Positions 18,266 through 26,427 of a stretch of 64,000 nucleotides of DNA are shown here, piece after piece. Position 1 is the stretch's first letter. Every line of letters begins with the position of its first letter. The stretch is from positions 22 through 64,021 of the forward strand of contig JAAZHX010000216.1 in assembly GCA_012510495.1 (NCBI GenBank), given 5' to 3'. The position numbers and the translations under genes were made by a program. The DNA comes from Smithella sp. (lineage in GTDB: Bacteria; Desulfobacterota; Syntrophia; Syntrophales; Smithellaceae). The notes below the pieces were generated by a model, which was given only the letters and a program-made list of their open reading frames with translations, was not told the origin of the DNA and did no database searches.

Positions 18266-18475
18266 ATGACGGATAACAAAAAGACCGACACGCTGATCAA
18301 CTGTTTGTTCTGTGAACATTTCTACCTGACCCGCCGGGTGGAGGCACCTTACGGCTGACGGGCGCACGCTTTCACGATGTTCCGCATGCCCTCCGTGGAC
18401 GTCTTCGGGGCTTCAAGCGAAGACTGTGCACTGCTGGTTCGCCGGGAACCGGGCGAGCACCCACACGAGGGATGA
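18266..18475 (+). CDS. Candidate small selenoprotein (CxxC...PYG-U...C family), in-frame TGA at 18356-18358
   Basis: The ATG-to-TGA frame reads MTDNKKTDTLINCLFCEHFYLTRRVEAPYG[TGA]RAHAFTMFRMPSVDVFGASSEDCALLVRREPGEHPHEG. The frame stays open across the TGA. The final stop overlaps the ATG of the next ORF (ATGA). The genome encodes a Sec-containing SelD. Confidence 0.45.
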
Positions 18476-18807
18476 CACCCGCAAGAAAGGAAACCACCAT
18501 GAACATTTCACAATGGCTGGACCGGAAAGAATCCCAGGGCTTCGATGTGTCTCACGCCGTCCTGCCCACGGAGCTGGAGCGCGAAGAAGAGCCGGATGAA
18601 ACTATTTTTTTCAAGGAAATCCGCCCCTGCAGCATTTTGTGCACGGGCGATCATCCCTTTGCCACGGTCGAGCGATTCGGCCGCTGGTACCGCAGCCGGG
18701 GACGGGAAAAGGAAAAAGGACCTCATACCGGCAAGCCGCCGTGGTGGTTTTTCACCCGGGACCGGGACCTCGCCCTGCAGACAGCCAAATCCCGCATTGA
18801 AAAATAA
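18472..18807 (+). CDS. Hypothetical protein
   Basis: 111-aa ORF. Its ATG overlaps the stop of the upstream small ORF. An alternative ATG lies at 18499. No recognised motif. Confidence 0.4.
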   Translation: MTPARKETTMNISQWLDRKESQGFDVSHAVLPTELEREEEPDETIFFKEIRPCSILCTGDHPFATVERFGRWYRSRGREKEKGPHTGKPPWWFFTRDRDLALQTAKSRIEK

Positions 18808-18829
18808 AGAGCGCCAAACCGCCGTGCTG

Positions 18830-19165
18830 TTCGGCGGGATGGAGAATCTTGGACACAGTTTCATAGCCGACAAACAAAGCGGCCAGCAGCATGGTGGTTC
18901 CGACCACAATGCTGGAGATGGTTTCCATGCGACCCAGGCCGTAGGTATTGAGCAGATCTGTCCCCCGCGACATTCGCCGGACGGTATAAAGCGAAAGGCC
19001 GGAAGCCAGAGCGCCCGTAAAGGCGATAACGAAATTGGTAACAAAGACGATGGAATTGGATGTCAGGATGCCGATGATGGCAACGCCGATGGTGTAAATC
19101 TCCATAACCATCATCAGCATCAGCAGCTCGATTGAATCCTGCGCCCCTGCCCGGGTTTCAACCGG
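18830..19165 (-). pseudogene. Truncated cation-diffusion-facilitator-like transporter fragment
   Basis: The translation ...YGLGRMETISSIVVGTTMLLAALFVGYETVSKILHP matches the CDF TM3-TM4 pattern (YG.GR.E...). Only about 110 of roughly 300 residues remain. The canonical metal ligands in TM2 are absent. Confidence 0.45.
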
Positions 19166-20291
19166 TCATCACGGCCGATTTTTCCCGATGGCGCGCCAGC
19201 GCCAGTTCCACCAGACGATCCAAGAGAGCGCCGTAGGAAAGGCCGGTGGCCTCCCAGAGCTTGGGATACATGCTGATGCCGGTAAATCCGGGCAGCGTGT
19301 TGATTTCGTTGAGGTAAAAAGAATTCGTTTTCTTGTCCAGGAAGAAATCCACGCGCGCCATGGAATTGCAGTTCAGCGCGCGGAAGCCGAGGACGGCGCA
19401 CTTGCGGATGGCGACCGAGAGGCGCGCCGGGATTTTCGCCGGAATGTTCATCTTCGCGCCCTCGGGGTCCAGATATTTGGCTTCGTAGGAATAAAACTCA
19501 TGCGTGGGCAGAATTTCACCCAGCACCGACGCCCGCGGGTCTTCATTGCCCAAAACGGCGCATTCGATCTCGCGGCAGTCAATGCCTTTCTCGATCATGA
19601 TCCGCGTGTCGAACCCAAAGGCATAATCCACAGCAGAAGCAAGGTCTTTTCTGACTTTCACTTTTTTGATCCCGACGGAAGAGCCGGTGCACAGCGGTTT
19701 GACAAACACGGGCATTTCAAGCTGCTTCAGCGCCCCGCGCAGAATTTTTTGCGGCCGGGCCAGCCAGTCCGGACGGCTTACTGTGATCCAGGGCACGACG
19801 GGAACCCCCGCCTGCGCGAGCAGCCGCTTGGCGACGTCCTTGTCCATGCCGATGGCGGAGCCGGCGACATCCACCCCCACATAGGGAACCCGGGCCAGCT
19901 CCAGGAGCCCCTGCATCGTTCCATCCTCTCCGTACGTTCCGTGAAGGACGGGAAAGACCAGATCCACAACAACCTTCTTACCGCGGGAGTTTATATCGTA
20001 CAGGTGCAGCCGGTTTCGGTCTTCAAAATGATTGACCAGCCAGACGCCCTTTTTTTTCAAAGAAAGAATTCTGCCGAAGTTTTTGTCGGTGATGATCTCC
20101 GGCCGGTCCTGAACGTACCAGCGTCCGTCGCGGTCAATGCCGATTGCAACCACATCGTATTTGGTCTTGTCCAGCGCCGCAACGACGGAGGCCGCCGAAC
20201 AAAGCGATACGTCATGCTCGCCCGATCGTCCGCCGTACAAAACGCCGATGGTCAATCTGGACTTCCGTTGATTCTTTACCGCAGGTTTCAT
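19158..20291 (-). CDS. ddl: D-alanine--D-alanine ligase
   Basis: IGVLYGGRSGEHDVSL N-terminus plus ATP-grasp motifs. The start was chosen at MKPAVK (ATG at 20291). Confidence 0.9.
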   Translation of the reverse strand: MKPAVKNQRKSRLTIGVLYGGRSGEHDVSLCSAASVVAALDKTKYDVVAIGIDRDGRWYVQDRPEIITDKNFGRILSLKKKGVWLVNHFEDRNRLHLYDINSRGKKVVVDLVFPVLHGTYGEDGTMQGLLELARVPYVGVDVAGSAIGMDKDVAKRLLAQAGVPVVPWITVSRPDWLARPQKILRGALKQLEMPVFVKPLCTGSSVGIKKVKVRKDLASAVDYAFGFDTRIMIEKGIDCREIECAVLGNEDPRASVLGEILPTHEFYSYEAKYLDPEGAKMNIPAKIPARLSVAIRKCAVLGFRALNCNSMARVDFFLDKKTNSFYLNEINTLPGFTGISMYPKLWEATGLSYGALLDRLVELALARHREKSAVMTG

Positions 20292-20301
20292 GTGTTTTCC
20301 T

Positions 20302-21009
20302 CTAATACGTGTAGGTAATGGCGGATCCGGCGGAGAACCGGTCCGTGTACTGGCCCTCGATCTGGAGGCCGAATCCCCTGCCCAGCCCGACGGCAACGCC
20401 GAAAAACCCGCCGACAGCTGATGCATTCTTCAAAGACGTCTTTTCGGCGCCGGACTGGATCCCCGGAACAGAGCCGGATAAATAAGCGTCCGCTTCCGTA
20501 TAATAAACAAAAGGCCCGGCATACAATTGAATTCCATAAGGAACTGACGCCTGAACGCCGATACCGAAATTGACGTCCCAGAGATATTTCACTTTCATAT
20601 CAGCCGTAAAAGGAACGCCGGCGCTGGTTCCGCCAGTTTCATCGGTAAAATTGCCGAAGTTGCAGCTTCCTTGCACAAAGGCGCCGACGCCGAAGATGGA
20701 ATTGACCGGATAATACGCCCTGGCGCCCAGCGTCCCGAAGAATTTCCAGTTTTCTTCAAAAGAGTCCTTCGATACGGTGGTCAGTGCCGAAGAAGAACGA
20801 AACGCGTCCGCTATCTGCAAGTCGGAAATGCCGATGCGCCCGTAAATCTCCCAGCGGCCGGAGGCGCCGTACGCCGCCTGGGAATAGATCTGGCGCTGAC
20901 GAACCACATGGTCTGTGTCGCCTTTGAGCGTATCTTCAGCATACCGGCAGCCGATGACGGTGTTGATGCCGCCGGCTTTTTTGGATATCGTCTGCGGCGG
21001 CCCGAACAT
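20302..21009 (-). CDS. Outer-membrane beta-barrel protein; true start probably upstream
   Basis: Alternating amphipathic beta-strands with a C-terminal ...AITYTY. The upstream in-frame sequence encodes a signal-peptide-like KKFFFLTITLIWLPLCSSALAGG but has no ATG/GTG/TTG. Confidence 0.65.
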   Translation of the reverse strand: MFGPPQTISKKAGGINTVIGCRYAEDTLKGDTDHVVRQRQIYSQAAYGASGRWEIYGRIGISDLQIADAFRSSSALTTVSKDSFEENWKFFGTLGARAYYPVNSIFGVGAFVQGSCNFGNFTDETGGTSAGVPFTADMKVKYLWDVNFGIGVQASVPYGIQLYAGPFVYYTEADAYLSGSVPGIQSGAEKTSLKNASAVGGFFGVAVGLGRGFGLQIEGQYTDRFSAGSAITYTY

Positions 21010-21104
21010 CCCGCCTGCGAGCGCAGAAGAGCAAAGGGGAAGCCAGATCAGGGTTATCGTTAAGAAAAAAAATTTTTTCGTAGTGTTTCTCCTTTTATGC
21101 GGTT

Positions 21105-22088
21105 TCAGTTGGCCGGCGACGGATCCGCCGCTTCAGGCGCGGCGTTTTTCCATTCCCGGAAAAAGAGAGACCTGTCGCGGCGCGCCCGGACTTCCTTCAT
21201 GCGATACTGGATGTAACCATTGCGAATGGCGATGTAAGGATCGATGGCCGCCTCAATCATCGCTTCGTAATCCCCGAGGCTCAGGGAGGCGTTGTTGATC
21301 ATTTTGAAGGGCCGTTTGCCCAGGCTGGTGTACCAAGGGGTAAAATAGGAAAGCGGGTCCAGGAAATACTCGCCCGCGATGTCAACACTGTCGCGGGGGC
21401 TCGACGGACCGAGGAACGGCCAGACGATGTAGAAGCCGTGGCCCACACCGTACATTCCCAGCGTCTGTCCGAAATCGGTGTTCTGTTTGGGCAGTTCGAT
21501 GCCCTGATTGGAGGAGGGATCCAGCAGCCCTCCAATGCCCCACACCGTGTTGATCGCAAAACGGCCCGCTTCCGAGCCGGCGCCGGTCAAATCGGCCTGC
21601 AGCAGGCAATTGACGAAGCGAATGGGAAACAGCAGGTGGTAATAGAAATTTTTGACGCTGATCCTCGCCGGTTCCGGCACCACCGCTTTGTATCCTTGTG
21701 CAACCGGGCGGAGCAGCCAGAAATACAGACGGTCGTTGAACCGGTGCATGGCCCGGTTGAAAGGTTCGATGGGATCGGCGATCGTGACGTATTCCTCCGC
21801 AAATGGTTCGTCGTCGTAGTTGAGGTCCTCATCGTCTTGGTAGTCCTCCTGAAAGGCGTCCTGCGACCGGCCGGACGTCTCCGCATCCCCGCGGGCAGAC
21901 GCATCCGCCCCGGCCAACGAAGCTTCTGCAAGAGCGTGCTCCGGACTTTTCCCATTGCCCATTACCCATCGCCCATCGTCCATCTCCGGCATCTGGGCGC
22001 AGGCGGCATCCGGGACCGGACAGCCAGGGAAGCCGACGGCCGCGAAAAAGAAAATGACCAGGAGCAAAACGGACAGGTTGTGTTTCAT
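21105..22088 (-). CDS. mlaA: MlaA/VacJ family lipoprotein
   Basis: Lipoprotein signal and the VacJ core (DPIEPFNRAMHRFNDRLY...NTVWGIGGLLDP). Confidence 0.85.
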   Translation of the reverse strand: MKHNLSVLLLVIFFFAAVGFPGCPVPDAACAQMPEMDDGRWVMGNGKSPEHALAEASLAGADASARGDAETSGRSQDAFQEDYQDDEDLNYDDEPFAEEYVTIADPIEPFNRAMHRFNDRLYFWLLRPVAQGYKAVVPEPARISVKNFYYHLLFPIRFVNCLLQADLTGAGSEAGRFAINTVWGIGGLLDPSSNQGIELPKQNTDFGQTLGMYGVGHGFYIVWPFLGPSSPRDSVDIAGEYFLDPLSYFTPWYTSLGKRPFKMINNASLSLGDYEAMIEAAIDPYIAIRNGYIQYRMKEVRARRDRSLFFREWKNAAPEAADPSPAN

Positions 22089-22098
22089 GGGACGAATT

Positions 22099-22707
22099 TT
22101 AATGGGTTTTCACCTTTTTGCGCAAGATCTCCAGGAGCTGCTCCGGCGTACTGCCGGTCAGAATTTCACTGAACTGGGTGCGGTAGTTCTGCACCAGGCT
22201 CACATTCTCCACGACCACATCGTAAACCTTCCACTGGCCGTTTTTTAAAATCATCCGGTAGTAAATGGGGACTTCCTTGGAGGAGGTGACTATCTTGGAC
22301 TGAATTTCCGCCTTGTCTTCCGCGACCATGGTTTCCCTGTGGAAAATAATTTTCTCGTTGGAATATTCGAGGATTCTGTCCAGATAGGTCTTTTCCAGCA
22401 CCTGTTCAAAAAGATCGACAAATTCTTTGCGCTGTTCCGGGGTAAACTTTTTCCAGTTGCGGGTCAGCGTGCGCCGGGAAAATTCCATCTCATCAAACAT
22501 GTCTTTATAGATGACGCGGAGTTTTTCCGTCTTGGCCGGCTTGGCCGCCGGGCCTTTCAGCTTTGGATCGCGCAGCACGTCCAGAACGCGGTTGACCGTG
22601 TTTTCCACGGCGCTCATCGGGGCTCCGGCATATGCCGGAATGGACACAAGGAGCGTCAGGACCAGCGCGTATCCCGCCAGTTGTTTTTTGACGATTCGGC
22701 TTTCCAT
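22099..22707 (-). CDS. mlaC: MlaC/Ttg2D phospholipid-binding periplasmic protein
   Basis: Signal peptide, about 200 aa, and its position in the mla operon. Typical FS..LG/W..F pattern. Confidence 0.8.
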   Translation of the reverse strand: MESRIVKKQLAGYALVLTLLVSIPAYAGAPMSAVENTVNRVLDVLRDPKLKGPAAKPAKTEKLRVIYKDMFDEMEFSRRTLTRNWKKFTPEQRKEFVDLFEQVLEKTYLDRILEYSNEKIIFHRETMVAEDKAEIQSKIVTSSKEVPIYYRMILKNGQWKVYDVVVENVSLVQNYRTQFSEILTGSTPEQLLEILRKKVKTH

Positions 22708-23199
22708 CTATTGCTTTCCCTTTTCTGTGTTTTGATCTTTGCCCTGCTCCATTTTAACTTCGCCAAAGGCGTATTTGCTGATCAGCGATTCAATGTCCGG
22801 CGCGGCCTGCGTGTCCGTGATGATCCCGTTGGGTCCAAGCAGGTCCCCGCCGCCGCCCGGATCGACGCTCAGATACTTGTCGCCGATGAGGCCTTCCGTT
22901 TTAATGGAAGCAATGGCGTCATCGTAGATTTTGATGTCCTTTCTGATCCGCATCTCCACAACGGCCTTGAGCTCTTCCTGGTCCATCGAAATGCGCTCCA
23001 CGCGCCCGACCTCAATGCCCAGAACATTGACCGGATTGCCCGTTTTCAACCCCGTGACGGTTGTGAATTTGGCGACAAGCGGATACGTATCGGCGCTAAA
23101 CCAGTCCAATTTTCCAAGTTTGACGGTCATGTATCCCACGCAGAGGAGTCCGAAAACAACAAAGATACCCACCACGGCTTCCATCTTGAACTTTTTCAT
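22708..23199 (-). CDS. mlaD: MlaD MCE-domain protein
   Basis: N-terminal TM helix followed by an MCE domain (GLKTGNPVNVLGIEVGRV). Confidence 0.85.
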   Translation of the reverse strand: MKKFKMEAVVGIFVVFGLLCVGYMTVKLGKLDWFSADTYPLVAKFTTVTGLKTGNPVNVLGIEVGRVERISMDQEELKAVVEMRIRKDIKIYDDAIASIKTEGLIGDKYLSVDPGGGGDLLGPNGIITDTQAAPDIESLISKYAFGEVKMEQGKDQNTEKGKQ

Positions 23200-23203
23200 C
23201 GGT

Positions 23204-24445
23204 TCATTCTCCCGGGGCGCATTGCAATCGCCCGATTTCTTTTTGTTTCGATCTCGCCTCTTCAAGCAGGGCGTCAATATCGGCCCTGGATTGGCCTTCG
23301 GCCGCGCCGGCCAGAATCGTCAATTCCACGGCGCCCCCCGGCGCGAACTTGCAGGCTCCCTCTTCCAGCGAGGGAACGGCCTGCCTGTTAAAATCCGCGA
23401 TGAAATCTTCCATGATTTTTTCCGTTTCCGCAAGGCTGGAATAGGGGAGCATGGTCAGAATCTCGTTGGTGGCGCGCCTTGTGGAAATCCCCCCGGTGGC
23501 GCCGAAGTGCCGATCGATAAACAGTCCCATGTGCCGCAGGATCTCCTGCGCCGCGTCATGCCCGATTTGCGAAACGATCGCGTCGATCTCGTTGAGGCTG
23601 AAAATCACCAGGCAGAAGGTTTCTCCGCCCTTTCTTCTTTTGAGCTGCAGATGGTTGAGCATCTCAAACTGCCTTTTGGAGTAAAGACCGGTCAATTCCC
23701 TCTGCAGCCCTTCCAGAGAGTTGATGACTTCGTCCATGAACGGGTGATTGAAATCTTCCAGCTCCTCCGGCGTGCCCTGAAAAACAATCCGATGATCGTA
23801 CAGGGCCAGAATGCGGTTGGAAATAAAATACACGTCCGGAATTTCATGGCTGACCAGAACCGCGGTGAAATTCAGTTTTCTTTGGTTCTGGGCAATCATG
23901 CTCAGGATGGCGTTTTTCCGGACGGGATCCTGCCCGGAGGTCGGCTCGTCGAACAGCACGATCCTCGGGTCCGTGATCAGGGCGCGTGCCAGCGCGGCCC
24001 TTTTCTGCATGCCCCCGGAAAGTTCCGACGGATATTTGGCAGCCGCTTCCGTCAGCTCTGTCTGTTTCATGCGGGCCAGGACCTTGCGGTGAATCTCCGT
24101 TTTTTTCAAGTGGGTCGTCTCGATAAGCGGCAGCGCGATATTATCATAAACGGTCATCGAATCGAACAGAGCGTTGCCCTGAAACATATAGCTGATCTGG
24201 CGGAAGGACCCCGCAAGATCCGACCGGCTCATTGCGGAGACCGGCTTTCCCCGAAACAGGATCACGCCTTCATCCGGCTGGAGAAGTCCGATGATGTGCT
24301 TGAGCAGCACGCTTTTGCCGGAGCCGGAAAGACCGATAATCGTCGTAACCTCCCCTTCGTAGATCCGGAGGTTGACACGGTCCAGAACGATTTTATCGCC
24401 GAAGCACTTGGTCACGTCTTTAAATTCAATCAGAGGCGTCTTCAT
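23204..24445 (-). CDS. mlaF: MlaF-type ABC ATPase with a C-terminal degenerate GGDEF-like domain
   Basis: Walker A GLSGSGKS, signature LSGGMQKR, Walker B VLFDEPTSGQD. The extra roughly 160 aa begin LTGLYSKRQF...IGHDAAQEIL...RRATNEI, which is GGDEF topology with the catalytic residues lost. Confidence 0.85.
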   Translation of the reverse strand: MKTPLIEFKDVTKCFGDKIVLDRVNLRIYEGEVTTIIGLSGSGKSVLLKHIIGLLQPDEGVILFRGKPVSAMSRSDLAGSFRQISYMFQGNALFDSMTVYDNIALPLIETTHLKKTEIHRKVLARMKQTELTEAAAKYPSELSGGMQKRAALARALITDPRIVLFDEPTSGQDPVRKNAILSMIAQNQRKLNFTAVLVSHEIPDVYFISNRILALYDHRIVFQGTPEELEDFNHPFMDEVINSLEGLQRELTGLYSKRQFEMLNHLQLKRRKGGETFCLVIFSLNEIDAIVSQIGHDAAQEILRHMGLFIDRHFGATGGISTRRATNEILTMLPYSSLAETEKIMEDFIADFNRQAVPSLEEGACKFAPGGAVELTILAGAAEGQSRADIDALLEEARSKQKEIGRLQCAPGE

Positions 24446-24454
24446 CTTTTCTCT

Positions 24455-25303
24455 CTAAATCAGCAGGGACGTTACAACGTAATCCGAAATCAAAATCAGG
24501 ACGCAGGAGGTCACCACCGCCGATGTAGTAGCCAGTCCCACCGCCTGGGCACCGTGGCTGTCCCGGCGCATATGCGCGAAATACCCCTGGTAGCAGCAAA
24601 CCGTCGCGACGATCACCGCGAAAACAATCGATTTGACGAAACCGTTGGTGACATCTTCCAGGGTCATGTAAGCCCTCGTGCTGTGCCAGTAAACGCCCGA
24701 ATTCAGACCTAAAAGCAGAACCGCGGAAAGATAGCCGCCCAGAATTCCGATCAGATCGAACACGGCCGTGAGCAGGGGAAAGCTGATGATGGAAGCGGCA
24801 ATCTTGGGGCTGACGATGTGCCGCAGCGGGTTGATCCGCATCGTCTGCAGGGCGTCAATCTGCTCGCTGATGCGCTGAATGCCGATTTCGGCGGCAATGG
24901 CCGAACCCGCCCGCGCCGTAATCATGATGGCGGTGAGCACCGGACCAAGCTCCATAATCAGCGAGAGGGCCACCAGCGAACCGACCGCCCCCTCCGCGCC
25001 GAATTTCGTCAGGGCGTGGTGGGACTGGAGGCCCAGCACCATCCCGGTAAACAGGCTTACCAGCATGATGATCGTGATGGACCTGGCCCCGATATAGTAA
25101 ATCTGCCGGATTATCTTTGCAAATTGCTTCCTCCGGAAAATCTGCCACAGCGCCATCCCCAGAAATATGGCCGCCGCCCCGAAGTTACCCACCCAGCCCA
25201 ATACGGTTCTGCCGATAAAAGCAAAAGGGCGAAGCGCGGTCAAACCCCAGGCGGCATCCTGGTTGTTTTCATTTTTATTCCGGCAATTTCCGGTTTGCTT
25301 CAT
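24455..25303 (-). CDS. mlaE: MlaE ABC permease
   Basis: Polytopic permease of MlaE length and pattern. It is adjacent to mlaF. Confidence 0.85.
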   Translation of the reverse strand: MKQTGNCRNKNENNQDAAWGLTALRPFAFIGRTVLGWVGNFGAAAIFLGMALWQIFRRKQFAKIIRQIYYIGARSITIIMLVSLFTGMVLGLQSHHALTKFGAEGAVGSLVALSLIMELGPVLTAIMITARAGSAIAAEIGIQRISEQIDALQTMRINPLRHIVSPKIAASIISFPLLTAVFDLIGILGGYLSAVLLLGLNSGVYWHSTRAYMTLEDVTNGFVKSIVFAVIVATVCCYQGYFAHMRRDSHGAQAVGLATTSAVVTSCVLILISDYVVTSLLI

Positions 25304-25418
25304 GGGTATGTTCCCTTGATGAAAATCGCCTTTTGAAGGCGGTTTGGGTTTGAGTTTGGGATACTAACACCGGCAGCCTTATTTGACAAGCATTTCCTTG
25401 GTATGGCCCCTGTCCGTA

Positions 25419-25447
25419 TTGACACAAACCGGGACAATGCATATACT
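25419..25447 (+). promoter_or_regulatory. Sigma-70-like promoter
   Basis: TTGACA, 17-nt spacer, TATACT, about 37 nt upstream of the 25484 ATG. Confidence 0.5.
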
Positions 25448-25483
25448 AGCGCCAAATCGGGCAGCTGCAGATAAGGTGTTTTT

Positions 25484-26020
25484 ATGATTCGCTATTTTAA
25501 CGCGTCACAGATACCGGTGGCGGCCGGGGCGTTTTCCGACGCTGAAAAGCTCGTGTTGCGTCATTTTCGCCTGACGGAAGATGACCTGCGGAAAAACAAA
25601 TACGACGTAAAAACCCTTGCTTTTTTGGAAGAGCATGAAGTAAATGACGGCGCATTTGCTCATTTGTGCAAATATTCCTGCGAAAAACCGTCCGACGGCG
25701 GGCGGGAAGAAAAGAAAGATTTTGAGTTTTACCGGGTATGCCTGCAGGACCATATCATCCTGGATGCTCTGGAACGCGCCAACACCTTCATCAAATTGAG
25801 CCCTTTGATGCTGTATATCGCCGTTCATGAATTGATTCATGTGCTGCGCTTCTCAACGGGTGCCGCGGATTTCAGCGCTTCTCAGGAAGAAAAGGAACAG
25901 GAAGAAAAAATCGTCCACAACCTGACCCGAAGCGCCCTGCAGCCGGCAAGGCAAACGGATATGAACATGGTTTTGGACTGCTTCAGCAGTGAATATAAAA
26001 TCAGCAATCTTTATAATTAA
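25484..26020 (+). CDS. Hypothetical protein with an HExxH motif (possible metallopeptidase-like)
   Basis: 178-aa ORF containing AVHELIHVLRF. No further family recognised. Confidence 0.55.
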   Translation: MIRYFNASQIPVAAGAFSDAEKLVLRHFRLTEDDLRKNKYDVKTLAFLEEHEVNDGAFAHLCKYSCEKPSDGGREEKKDFEFYRVCLQDHIILDALERANTFIKLSPLMLYIAVHELIHVLRFSTGAADFSASQEEKEQEEKIVHNLTRSALQPARQTDMNMVLDCFSSEYKISNLYN

Positions 26021-26037
26021 TTTCAGGAGGTTGATGT

Positions 26038-26316
26038 ATGCCTATCTACGAATATCGGTGCAAAAAATGCGGCAAGCAATTTGAAGCATTTCAGGGCATC
26101 AGTGAGCCGGATTTGAAAACCTGCAAGTTCTGCCGGGGAAAAGTTCAGAAAATGATGTCGCTTTCATCCTTCAGTCTGAAGGGCACCGGCTGGTACGCGA
26201 CGGACTACAAGGGGAAAACCCCTCAGGCAGCCAAACCGAAAAGCGCGGAAACGGCAGAAAGTTCTTCGGCTTCCTCCGATGCTTCGGCAACCGTCAAAGG
26301 TGTCGGCGACGATTGA
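26038..26316 (+). CDS. FmdB-family zinc-ribbon protein
   Basis: MPIYEYRCKKCG...CKFCRG, the CxxC-CxxC signature of the FmdB/CxxC_CxxC_SSSS family. Confidence 0.8.
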   Translation: MPIYEYRCKKCGKQFEAFQGISEPDLKTCKFCRGKVQKMMSLSSFSLKGTGWYATDYKGKTPQAAKPKSAETAESSSASSDASATVKGVGDD

Positions 26317-26344
26317 AAATATCCGTCCGAAAAGGCCAAAAAAA

Positions 26345-26368
26345 GCGGCATCGAAATGCCGCTTTTTT
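26345..26368 (+). terminator. Rho-independent terminator
   Basis: GCGGCAT-cgaa-ATGCCGC followed by TTTTTT. Confidence 0.8.
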
Positions 26369-26427
26369 ATTGACCACATCTTGAGCAATAAGAGGCAACA
26401 GCACGTTTTCTAATCCCACCGTCAAAT

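Noticed and set aside
18401-18424. A perfect 7-bp hairpin, GTCTTCG-N10-CGAAGAC, as the SECIS for the candidate selenoprotein.
   Set aside because: It starts 45 nt after the UGA, further than bacterial SECIS elements normally sit. The weaker hairpin starting 4 nt after the UGA is better placed.
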